Part shown: one piece after another, positions 25,660 to 37,700 of the stretch
Layout of the letters: every line of letters starts with the position of its first letter
Numbering within the stretch: position 1 is the first letter of the stretch
Origin: Dicyema japonicum
Taxonomy: Eukaryota; Animalia; Dicyemida
Direction of reading: 5' to 3'
NCBI GenBank assembly: GCA_011109175.1
Contig: RDEW01000023.1
Span: 1-64,000, forward strand
Length of the DNA stretch: 64,000 nucleotides
Made by a program: the position numbers and the translations under genes
The notes under the pieces: generated by a model
Seen by the model: the letters and a program-made list of their open reading frames with translations, nothing else
The model's database searches: none
What the model was told of the DNA's origin: nothing

Positions 25660-26600
25660 AAATTTTAATTAAAATGACACTTGTGAGTAGATGACAGCTA
25701 TCAAGGTAACGTCTTTGGCTCGCGACATGTTTAGACCTATCCTCCTCTTATGGCTCCATATTGACGATATTTTTTTCAATCCTCTCAAAGTAAGGATCTT
25801 CCTACGAGTAACATTTTCAGAGTCTCCTAGAAGTGATCCAACCTTCTTGTGCCTTCTCCATGACTCGTCCGATCTCCGATCATTACGTGTAAGCGTTATA
25901 AACTCTGTTTTGTCGAAAATATGTGTGGAGTACGCTGAGTCTGTGCTGAAGTGTTTGAGTATCCTCAGAAACAAAATCCAATCGTCCGCATAAATTATCT
26001 CGTGATAGTTGTTTCCAATCAGGGCCTTGAACTCTCTTAGTGCAGCTTAAAGGTAAACAATAAAGAGGACCGGGGATAGCGAGTTCTCCTGAGGAACTCC
26101 ACGTGAAGTCAGAAAAAGGTGGAGGTATATTTGCCAATTTTGACAGAAAGGTGAGTGTTTTGCATTAGCAGGCGTATTCTTTCAACATCGCCATGGTGAA
26201 GAAAACTCTTCAGAACTTCCATAAGTTTTCCCCGGTTTACCGAATCGAATGCATATCAATGTCAAATATTTCAATAGATTTTCATACTTTTGGCATATAG
26301 CACAATACCATCTGTGCCCACACACTACATTGGCTGTAGATCTGCCTGTTCGAAATCCACTTTTGCCAGGGATAAGAATTTGTTCACTTTTTTATCTGGT
26401 GTAATGCAATGAGAGACAGTGCTTTGCGTATGGAAGTCAGTAGAATTATTGGTTTAAGGTTGCAAAGGGGACCTTTGGCTTTCCTGGGTTTTTGTAGAGG
26501 TATTAGCCACCCTTTTCCCAGTTCCACCTCATTGTCTTCCAGGAGAGACTGATTGAAAATATTGGTGATCATTTTGGCTAGCTTTTCCGGAGCATGTTTA
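25660..26600 (-). mobile_element. RTE-like (family B) RT fragment
   Basis: LQKPRKAKGP.CNLKPI.LL, YADDL, KVGSLLGDSENVTRRK. Confidence 0.8.
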
Positions 26601-27110
26601 AACGACTTATTTCCTCACTAATAAATTGTAAATATCCTCATTTTCTATTCTGAGACTTGTATGTTGAGACTAGTTCTCCAAGTGAGGAGCACTACATGTG
26701 GTACCACAAATTGAAATTATATGCTCCCAATAGGAATAATCCCTGTAGAACTCAATTTTCCTGGACGTAGGGGATCAGTAACCATAAATTCCTAAGTAAA
26801 ATAAATATATAGGTCATTTAACCTAAATTAATAATTAAAAATATTAAGTTTTGTGGAGTATTTTCATCTAAAGTAACCAATATTTTCAGATTCTTCTACC
26901 AAAACTTCAAAGGGAATCTAGAAGTTTGAGACTTGGTTGTCCAGTTTACGAAGATTTGTGTCCTTTTCAACCACCTTGTATTAACCTTATTCAGATCAAC
27001 GACTTGAGATCTCAGACTATAATGATACCTCAGCTATTTGGGCACGTGACATACTAAGTTTTCTGTGTGAGCAATGTAATAAAACCACAAATTTTAATTG
27101 GTTAATAATA
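26600..27110 (-). pseudogene. Decayed inverted duplicate of the VAMP locus (44075-44740), intron retained
   Basis: Minus strand reads atttgtggttttatt...cacgtgcccaaatagctgaggt...gtcgttgatctg...ggacacaaatc...gaagttttggtagaagaatctgaa, collinear with the VAMP exons, intron and 3' flank, but with stops and deletions. Confidence 0.85.
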
Positions 27111-28199
27111 TTGTGATTTCCAACAGGATTATCTAAACAAATAGTTTGCTTGGTACTGGCTATGAGACCCAAACTACCGTTCCCAGATTTCTTTAATCAG
27201 ACGTGGTAACGTAACCCTGTGCCATAGTCAACCAAAAGAGAGCTGAGGATAGTCCAGTTGAACACAGACTAACTTTAAAATGCAACGATTTATGCAACTT
27301 GACAATTATTCCTTCCCATATTTAAATCAGCTGTTGAGTCTTTCACGAACTTTCTGAGATAATGCTAACTTACACATGCAAAGATCACTCAAAAAGCTTC
27401 CGCTGTAAGAGACCACATACCAAAAAGTCGGTTGAATTTTTCAATATTACTCGACTTGTCCCTAACTGTCGAAACTTAAATGCAAAGGTCTTATAATAGA
27501 TCTCCTGAATTAGCTCAAAATTTTATTTCCTTTGTCACACGAGAAAGAGAATTTTTGATATACAGTGTGCCTAATAGAGGACCATAGACGCAGGATAGCA
27601 TGATTGATCGCGAAGACAAGAATTACTTAATAGTTGACCTTTTTTTTCTTTCTTCCTCATTGATTCCTTAGATAAAGGTTATAGGAGGTAAAAAAATTCT
27701 ATATAATATTTCTACTCGATAGAAAAAAATCCTTAACATATATTGGAAGACATAGTGAATAACTAAACACTTTCGGTTACTACAAATGATAAATGAAAGT
27801 ACATTACATGCAGCAAGGATAACTCTCATAGTATTCATATTGTGGCGATCCAAGGTTTCATCCCATGGAGAGGCCTTTATGAAATAAAATGAAAATTATC
27901 AATAATAATTCTGTAAAAACTTTCTTCTCGGATTGTGGATCCTTCGCTTTGCCAATGAGTTGCTCGTTCTTTTAGTCGCCTTGACGCTTATAGGATTTCC
28001 TCAATTGGAGTGTTGACTCCATGTTTTTGCTCGACAATAATACTTTCTGATCTTTAACACCACTGATTGAACATACGCTCTTATTGGCACATCAATCGAC
28101 ACAGCTTTTAAATGATTTCTGTATCATGTGGAGATACTCATAAATTCTGTTTGTGGATCTTCAATTATGTCTATAAATAAGAAAATAAGTAAAAATGGA

Positions 28200-28900
28200 T
28201 AGAAAATTTCTTTTTCAAACGCAATAGACTGAGACTTTGCCATCATATCAGATTACCAGATCACCTTCCAAAATGTCTTTTTTGCCATGATACATTCAAC
28301 TTGAACAAAAAGTCAAATCGACACTTTAATTCAAAGTATGATAATTTTTCAAAAAAATAATCTATTGGCGACTACCTAAGAGAACTAGCGCGCAACAGAG
28401 GATTATGGTGGAGGCTGACGGAGATGATGCTTTGGATTTTAAATCAAATAATAAATACACCGTTATTTGCAAAAACAATTGCGAATAGAACTAATAAGAT
28501 GTCTTAATATGTGACGATACAACAAGTTGGCGACTTCAAAATAGCTTCTGCAATTTCGATCGGAGTAGATGAGTCATGTGACATTAAGGATACGACTCAG
28601 GTTTATATGAACTTATTATTATATAAGATGTCTCTATTAATACGTTATGTTTATAGAGATTTTCTTAGAGAAGAACTTTTGGCATTATTGCCGCTATAGG
28701 GTCAAACCCATGGAGAGGACATTGCCGGTGCCATACTTGAATACATGGAAACCAGATTTATATCATGAATCTAAAAAAGTTCGCATTACGTTTTAAAACG
28801 ACATTCGTGTCTACTTATTTGCGCAAGCAAGAGTTTTCACATATGAATTTGATCAAATTAAGGAGTCAAATTACTGATGCAAGTTTGAAGTTAAAAATGA
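28200..28900 (+). mobile_element. hAT SPIN/GTF2IRD2-type transposase relic, interrupted by an RTE 3' fragment (28370-28450)
   Basis: KCL.CHDTF....K...RHFN zinc finger, and SIGVDESCDIKDTTQ-[27-nt GT..AG]-MSLLIRYV...EELLALLPL.GQT.GEDI. Confidence 0.75.
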
Positions 28901-28949
28901 CAAAGACATAACACTATTGGCGAAGGAAATGCAAGGTCAATTTTTTTTA

Positions 28950-30640
28950 ACCCAAGACCATGGTAAAACAAAACTAATTATCACGTGATCCCGATGCATT
29001 CTAACAGAGACCTCATCTTTGCATGCAGGGTCAATTATTTCATTAATTAGGTTAAACATATAATTTTGTTATGTTTTATTATTTTAAAAAAGTGCCTCTT
29101 CAATTTTTTTAATTTCAAAAAAATTAACATTCTTCATGTGTCCGGGCTTGTGCGAGAAACAGTTGTTTTAGTGGCTTTCAATGCAAATTTCTCGTCGTTT
29201 TCAGTGAAGTAAATCATATCCGGTTCCTTTCTCAGTTTACTGAAATATTTCGGAGATACATCAGACTTCTTGTGGTCTTTATAAGATATTTTCACATAGT
29301 ATTGTGTTAGGTTGTTTAAGTCGTTTTGGCTGTGATCCACCTCTGACGTTCTTCCATCCTCTCTTGAGGCGTCTCGGATGGTTTTCCAAATTTCAGTATT
29401 ATTATTATTAAGGCACTTTCACGAAAGCCATAATGTTTATACCCCGCATGTGCAACACTCAAAGAAACAATATTTATAGTTAGTCTTCTCCATCTTCCTC
29501 TGTCGACTGCGAGTGATCTCAATTCGTCCAGGTCGTCCCCCGTCTTTAGATTTTTTCTCACACGATTTAAGTATTTGTTTAAGGCAGTCGGAAGTGTCGA
29601 TCTAGGTCGTCCGCGGAAGGGTTTCTCGAAACTGTCAAAGTAATCTTCCATCGCTTTGTTAGCAAGTGCGTCCGGGTTCATTTTTAGTACATGCCCAAAT
29701 AGCCTCCACCGGGCATCTATCACATCCTTGCTGATGTAAGAACACATACACTTGTTGTAGATACCAGTGGTTGATATTCTACGTGCCACTCCATTCCGAG
29801 TAAGCTTTTTAGTTGCCTTCTATGGAACGAATCCAGTTTGAATAGTTCGTTGAAGGAACTTTCCCATGTCCCAGCGTTATACAGTAGGATCGGTTTCACA
29901 AACGCGTTGTAAAGCCTGCATCTGATGTCAATTCCAAGTCCTTTGGCCCTTAGCTATCCTTTCTTCAGTTTAGCCATTGCCGCATTTGCCAGTGTTTTCA
30001 TCCTTAGTACATCTTCAGCGTCTCTAGTAGAGAGCCGAGCTTATTAGTACGTCTCATCTTTCATGAGTAATATCGTCCTCTCTTTTGATTTCCGTAATTT
30101 CAGTTTTGTTAACATTTACGCTGAGAAACCATTTCTCAAGCTCCGCAGGTGCATTTTCTAGTAGGTGTTGGAGTGCGGTCACGTCCCGTGATACAAAATC
30201 CACATCATCCGCATAAGATGTCTCTTCTATGTCTCCTATATAGCATTTACGGAGGTCGCGGAGTGCAGATTCAATGTATATGGTGAATAGTAAAGGGGAG
30301 AGGGAATCACCCTGGGGTGTCCCAATCGTTGTTTTGAAACTGCGGGAAGTTGCTATTTCTGTCCTCACAGATAGTCTTGCAAGTAGTAGTCTGATTATCC
30401 TAACCGACGATTTGTCCAATATTTGCTCAAGCACATTCATCAGTTTCTGTCTATTTATTGAGTCGAAAACTCTGGAAAGATCTATTCCCAACACAGTTGT
30501 TGCGCTCTTGAATCTTTGGTGCGTTACGTAGCGCCATCTGTGGCTCCATACAATGTCTGCCGTAGACCTCCCTTCTCGGAGCCCACTGTGACTTGCTGGT
30601 AGGTATCCGCCACACCCTTTATCCGGCTTTTCCGAAATTT
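28950..30640 (-). mobile_element. RTE-like 3' half (29400-30640) inserted into a family A remnant (28950-29400)
   Basis: GIDLSRVFDSI, GTPQGDSLSPLLF, YADDV, RWRLFGHVL. The (TAA)n tail at ~29400 joins directly to sequence homologous to 61200-61470. Confidence 0.85.
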
Positions 30641-30855
30641 CAGTAGTAGATCTAATATTTGTGCTATTTCCTCTCTATTTTTTAGTTCAATGTTCAAAGC
30701 TTTCAGTCTAAACTTATCCTCAGTAGTTTATCGATCAGACTTTTTGAGTTCGTTTTTTTCCTTAGATACTGGCGACCTGGCATGTCCCCTGGTGTAGTTA
30801 AGGTTATGTTTAGGTACAGATAGTGATCTCGCATCCAAGATAGTGAGGTTTACAT

Positions 30856-31172
30856 TTATTTATTTATTAACCCCGGATACATCGAGAAAGAAGTTAAAGT
30901 AAACAACTAATTAAGTGTATCCAGTTTCCACTTCTACAGAAACAGAGTCCATCCGGAATCAACATAAAAGGTAAAAAACGTCCATAGTTGCAGTTGTTGA
31001 AACCCCTGGAGTGGGGGAAAGCAAATGATCCTTTATTCGTGCCGGCCTGGCACTGGGCGCCACCTAAACAGGTAAATCACATAACGCCACTCTAATAGGA
31101 AGAAGGAGGAGGAACATACGAACAAAACTGAAACTTCAACCAATTAGCCACGAAGCACCACATGGCGCCACG
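30856..31172 (-). mobile_element. SINE-like element S3, complete, with 9-bp TSD
   Basis: GGTTTACAT at 30847-30855 and 31173-31181 flanks a 317-nt unit that starts GTGGCGCCATG and ends in (TAAA)n. Fold core at 31025-31088. Confidence 0.85.
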
Positions 31173-31312
31173 GTTTACATAAGCTTGCTAAGAAGACATT
31201 TAGGGAAACCACCATCCAAACAACATGGGATCAGAATTAAAAGAGTTTATTAAAATATATATTTTTTTAAATTATTTGTTAAATCTAAATTTTTAAATTG
31301 TTATATTTGTTG

Positions 31313-31775
31313 ATGTTCTTTTCTAGTGAATCAAAAAGTGATCCCAATAATAATTATTTCTAGATATTGGCGTTATATTTTTCAGCCTCGCCATGTTTTT
31401 TCTGATTTTCGGAATTATAATTTCTGACAGAGGACTCTTGGCTCTTGGAAATGTGTATTAAATATTATTATTTAAGACATTTTCCATAATCGGAATAATC
31501 CTAATATTTGGAATTAAAAATGTTTTTACTGTTATTTTCAATGTCAATAAATTAATTCCACTGCTAGTCTTTATTTCTGGAATATTCCTCGTGTGGTCTG
31601 GCTGTCTCTTCTCTGGACTATTATTTCAGTTTTTTGGGTTTTGGATGTTGATGAGGTTACTTATTTTTATCATCCCAGAACTTTACTTCCCTCTATATGG
31701 GACCTTGCATCCAAGATTAGAGTTGTTAGCCCATTTGTTTATTATTTCCGTTATTTGATTGGAAGGTTTGACTAA
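31313..31775 (+). CDS. GOLT1: Golgi transport protein Got1/GOLT1; 4 exons, introns 26/24/23 nt
   Basis: Spliced protein MFFSSESKNIGVIFFSLAMFFLIFGIIISDRGLLALGN-TFSIIGIILIFG...FISGIFLVWSG..FSGLLFQFFGFWMLMR-TLLPSIWDLASKIRVVS aligns with the Got1 pattern (DR.LLA.GN, G.F.V..G, F..F.P). Confidence 0.85.
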
Positions 31776-31799
31776 ATATTTTCATTATAATTATTATGG

Positions 31800-34700
31800 T
31801 TACTTCATTTATTTTATCTAAAGGAGGGTACTTTGTCATTTAAATTACGCATCATTATTTTCTAGGTTAGTCTGCCACTGTGACCCTCGAGTTGGAGTTG
31901 TTACTACTCGACAATCTTTATTACAAAACCGGATTAGGAGTTAGATGTAGGGGGTTTTAATTATTCCGCCTTTGCGGCCTGGACACTTCTGACGTCCCCC
32001 ATTAACACACTCTTTTGTTAATAAATCCTCCCCCATCTCCATAATTAATGTGCGTTCTTATGTATGAATCACAAATCCTGTTTTCTACTATTTGTTTCAC
32101 TAAGGTAAGAATCTCGTTTTCTTCAAAACGCCGCGTAGTCTTCTGCTCAGGGCTAACTTTATCACTGATCTTCTAGACTTCTCCAACAGTGATCCTTTCC
32201 TTCTTCGTGGATGGTACCACACCTCGCATCCATACAACATTTCTGTAGGATTATCCTCGTATAAATGAAAAGGAAAATCTCCCTACTGACGGCCAGCTTA
32301 TGTGTGCAGAGGAGAGCCTTTTTTCTACTCAGCTTGATGTCTACCAGAAATGAGCCTTCTTGATCGACTGCTACACCTAGGTATCAAAACGATGAACTCT
32401 TGGAATTCCTAGTGTACAAGGTTATACGTGATTAGTAAACGGCTGATTCTCATAAAGTTTGACTTCTCTGTTGACAGTTTCATCTCTCTCCGGACACACC
32501 AGTCTTGCACTCGGTCAATAACCATCAGATTCTTCTCTCTGAAAGAGTCGACCTCCCAGACATATCCATGATTAGGATGTCGTCCGCGTATATTAATAGT
32601 TTCGAGTTAGGGTCCGACGGAGTTGGGAAATCTGATAAGAAGATTTTAAACAACAGCGGGCTCAAGACAGAGCCTGCGGAACGCCTCTCCTCAGTAAGAC
32701 ATCTCTGGATACATTTCCTCCAATGCGCACTTTGGAAGTCCATCCCGTTAGAAAGTCCCTTAGCCATATGAAAATTTGTTTTGGAATATCTGCAGCGACA
32801 AGCCTTGATAGGAAAACTTAGTGCCACACGCTATCAAAGGCCTTGGATAAATCCAGGCATATCATGTTTACTTTTTTTTTTTTTTTTTTTAATGGAGCAT
32901 TAATTTAAACAATAGAAGTCAGGTAGTTGCCGCTCACCGCGTGGCTGTTCCCTCTCAAAATTGCGAGCGAAATTCGCTCAAATAGCCAGCGGCGTTCGCG
33001 GAGATCTCCAGTGCATGAGGTGATCCGGTTTCCAAGACGTCCGAAAAACTCGAGTGTAGAGGGGGAGTAGGATCCGGAAGTCTCCATAGCAAGGGGAACA
33101 AATTTGACATCATCGGGAAGGTCGACGTATTTAACGAGTTTGGCCTTCTCCGCCTTTACGGATGCTGAACAGGCCCTTGTAGCACTCTCGTGAAGATTTT
33201 TCTGGGCGAACGTGTCTGTACATGTCACATCCCAAACCAGTGGTTTCCCGGCCTCAAATGGAAATATGGTCATCCCGTCCGGTCGTTTCCCGTCACTTCT
33301 GCATAACCCGACCGGTTCAAGAATGGCCGAGTATCCAGCAGCATCCATAGCTCGCCTGACAATTTCATTCAGAGCCTTGTGCCTTGGGGATCTGCCAGCG
33401 CTCCTCCTGCAGGCGAGAGGGTGCAGGCCATAGCAGTCTATCAGGATGCCACATCGGCACGGGTGAGGTACACATACTTTTAGTCCCAGCCGCAGAGAGA
33501 TACCAGTTCTAACGCATTCATCATCCAGAAAAGTGCCCAAAGCTCCATTGGGGATGGCGTTTAGCCAAGCTCCGCTCTCAGGGGAAGCCCCGAAAGCAAA
33601 CAAGCGCGTCGGTGCTGATTGGCAGATTCAGTAGGAGTCCAAATGATTTCCAGCATAATAAGTTGTCCAGGTTTCGCTGGCGATCTTGGGAAGGAGGCAG
33701 GGGGAGGTTGGTGGCATTCCAGGCTTCTCGTGCGTGGATTATCTCTTGGTCAGTTGAGAATTCGGGTGGGGAGTGTAGAATCCTCCTGACCAAAGGTTCG
33801 CAGGCCGTGAGTGATGATGAATAAGCAGGAAGTGAGACGTCCAAAGTTCGACGGATTCCAAGACCCCGAATCTAACTGGGAGTGTAGCCTGCATCCATGT
33901 ATCATCGTCGAATCGGACATTAAATATTTGCTCTGTCGAGCTGAGGAGAGACAAATCAAAATTCTCGAGCAGCTCCAGTTGAGAATAATATGGAGCTGTC
34001 CTTAGTAGATAGGAGATTCTCTGGATGTTGAGACTTCTTTTCAATAGGAATAGTGCTGTGTGCAAGTCCAGCAGCTGTAATCTTTCCAGCGAATCGCATA
34101 GGAGTCGTTTTTTGTCAAGGAGGACATGCTTCATCGCATTACTAGTGATCGGGGATCCAAGAAAAATCAATTCATTTTCAGGGGTCGAAATCCCACCGGG
34201 AAACAAGGAGTAAAATTTTTGAACAATTGAAGAGAAGTCATCGTCAGCAAGACCACAGTTTGTTATTTCACATTTCGTTATATTCAACTGAAGACCCACC
34301 TCGGACAGCGCGGGGTGAGTACTTCTAAGTCCTGGAAGACCGTTTCCGGGGGACCTCCTAAGACAGCGTCATCGAGGTACCAGATGTTGAGTGGGCATCT
34401 AGAGAGCTTCGTGATCCTCTCAATGCCGAGGGAGAACAGCAGTGGTCCGAGGGGTCGCCCTGTTGAACACCTGAGGACGATGGAACTATGAAATCCCCGT
34501 GCAATAGTGATGAAGGTTTTCCGTATGAATAATTGACCAGTTCAAATATGTACGGACATCTTTCCTTGCAGGCCTCCAGAATGCAGTCTCTTCTTAAGCT
34601 GTTAAAAGCGTTCTTGATGTCCAGTTTTACCATAATGTGCCTTTTAAAGTCTTGAATGCTGCTGTTCCTGAATCTTCTGACGGAGTGAACGGCTGCCTCA

Positions 34701-37700
34701 CATCCAAGACGAACTCCGACTCCAACTTGACTGGGAAGTAAGGATTTTGACAAGATTGACGTAGAAAATCTGGAAGCAATCTTGGCTGCTAGTCTTCTGA
34801 AAGTGAATCCGACCGCGATCGGGCGGATTCCACCTCCCTTCTTGTCGACGGCAATCAGACTAGCCGAAAAACAAGATATGAAGTATCAAATCAGGCAAAT
34901 GTCCAGATAATATCCTGTTCATAAGAGAAGTGAGTGAGTATGAAAGACGACTTGCTTGGTCTCCAATAGTCGGTGAAATAAGGTCTTTAAGATGGCCGGG
35001 CCTTAAGCCATCGAGACCTCCACAGCTACTTGGTGCAAAGTTCCAAAACGCCGTGATGACATCCTCAGGCGACCTGGTCAAAGGGGTCGCTTCTGATGGG
35101 GGCTAGCAATGGCGTAGGTCATTCGGAGAGGGTGGATGTTTCCCCAATAGAGTCTTGTAAGTATCAATGGTTGGATTGCGTGGTCCATCTGAAAGTGAGA
35201 GGGCCTTCAATGCGGATCGGGTTCCTCCTTCAAGCAACTTCGATCGTACGGTCTTTCTTAGGCGAAGAATCTCCGTTTCCCGAGTTGAACTCCGAGTCTC
35301 AGTTGAACGGATGCAGAAGGACGTGAGGTCCGTAAAGTGAGTTCCATCCATAAATGCGCGGATGTTGTTCTTCATCTCAATCGAGAGAGACTCTTTCCAT
35401 TGCGATCTTGAGGAGCCAAGAGCGAAAGGAGCAAAATTAAACAAACGTATCCAGTCGTTTATAGAGTCGGAGCGGAGTGCATTGTCGATTGCTTTGGTTA
35501 ATGCTTCGGCAGCTAGGGGGCGGGCTGCTTTAGGGATCTTCACCGGGATACTCCTCGATGACCGGCGTTCATTGATAATTTTGAGCAGCGAATCTGGATC
35601 CAAATGGGAAAGATCTGCCCCGGGGGTACATGAACTCGCGTGACCATTAGGAAACCCCGAACCAATTCCAAGGCACGAGCGCAGTGCCATACCCAAGAGC
35701 ACGGATAGAGGCCTGACAGAGCTTCAAACACCCGAGGTGAAAGAAGACTCCACAGGCAGAACAAGAAATTCCAAACTTTCTCAAATTGCTCATGTTGCAG
35801 GCAGAGCAATTAGACGATGACTTTTCGAGTAACATTCCACTGAATCAACAATAGGCGAAAATCAAGAATAGGAGAATAGTCTCAATAGGCGAAAATAGTC
35901 AATAAGAGAAAGTCAAAAATAGGAAAATAATCACAATATGCGAAAAACAACAACACACAACGACAACACGTTTTTTTTTTTTTTTCATGTTTACTTGTTT
36001 CTTGAATCTCGATCCTTTCAGTACCTCCAAATGCATTTGATGAATGCAATCTGTACTTTCCGGCCTGAATCCCCATTGTTCCGCAAGGAGGAAATTGCTC
36101 TCTTCTATATGCCGACTCAGTCTTTCGAATACGATTCGCTTAATAATCTTAGATATCTAGCATATGAGGCTGATCAGCCTATAGTCGAGAGGATCCCTTC
36201 CTGATTTTCCTGGTTTTAGTATCATCTTGACTACAAAGTTTTTCCATCGTTTTGGGAAATATCCGTGCTTAACACTTGCGTTGAACAGGTTTTTATGACT
36301 AGCAGTAAGGTCTCCGATCCTTCTTTGAACATTTTCATTTTGATGTGGTCGAAGCCCGGAGCTTTTGCTTTGCATGTTCTAACTATTGCCACTACTCCTC
36401 GAGGGTGATTTTTTTCTCAACATCCTTGAGGTCGTTTATTGAGTAACTACAGAGTTCTAGTGACTTATCCATTTGTTCACATGGGATCAATGGCAGTGGG
36501 TTGACTCCCTGGATTTTTTCCAATTGGCTATGAAAATTGCCGAGGCTTCTCCTACAGAGTGCGAGCTCCCATCCGGATTGTTCAGGACGATCTTACTTTC
36601 ATCGTTCCTCTGACCAGTTACTCTCTTGTAAATTCTCCATAAGGAGGGATTTTTAGTATCCAACTTGGTTGCCTCGACTCTCCATCTTTGCTGCAGAGCT
36701 AATTTCGTTCTCTCTTCTATGGCTCTTTTGGTTATTTTGAGCCGACTGGTGAGAGCCATTAGGTCCTTCCAATCAACACATCTTCTTAGTGTAGTTCTTA
36801 GTCGATTTCTTTCTTTGATCAGTCCCAAGGTAATAAATGAAATGTCGATACATTTCTTGCGGCTTGCATTCGAGAATTTCTTCTTAGCAAATAGTCGCAA
36901 ATATGTCCCTATGACGTTTGTGAGATCACAATTCATATTTTTGATTTCATTCGTTGACATATGTTCCTCCGTCCACCTTTGAATTCCAGTAGTGTTCCCA
37001 TTCGATGTGTGAAATTTCGTTTTTTTATGAAAACGTCTTCGATGACATCTGGTACTAGGTTGAAGACTAGTTCCTTCGGTATATGGTCACTACCAATATC
37101 ACACATAGTTCTTGGTCTTTCCACATAAATGTACAATAGCGGTGATAGAATGAACACACCAAGCAGGTCTCCACCATGGTAAGAGAAATGGTTGGGCTCA
37201 TCCGATGTCATGACCTTTATCGTAGAAAAGGGTGGTTCCCGTTCCAGCCGTAATGCCTTCGGCCCATGGTTGTATCCCTCCATTGTAGTAGTATTGGTCT
37301 TTTTTACCTTGGTCTCGTCAATTTTGGTGGCTGTCTAAAGTAGTGTTAGATGTTTCTTACTCAAAATCGGGCATTCACCAACACTATCTTCAGACCTCCT
37401 TTCAATTGTTTTTAGGTGGTCTGGGCTCTCCATTGCCAGGTCCACCATATTCTTTCAATCCACTCCAAAAATTTTACTAAGTTCCTTTAATCTTGAGATT
37501 ATATCTCTTAATTCCTTGGAGATCTTCTCAGGCATGTTATTTCGGGTCTGCCAAACTGATTCTTGTGCCAGCTGAACCGGTTCATTGTTAATATTGCGGG
37601 GACTGGTTAGTCTTCTTTCTGCGGGTTTCATTGACTCTGAGACAGTGTTTATTTTCGACGGTGTTTCCTTGTTGCATTCAACTTTAGTTTTTTCCTTCTG

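Noticed and set aside
26600-26810. Apparent novel dispersed repeat shared with 44500-44740
   Set aside because: It is the 3' flank of the duplicated VAMP locus, not an independent repeat family.
31940-32010. Possible fifth SINE fold (CGGCCTGGACAC...GACGTCCC)
   Set aside because: Only a P4-like part resembles the others; P1 and P2 partners, head and tail are not found.
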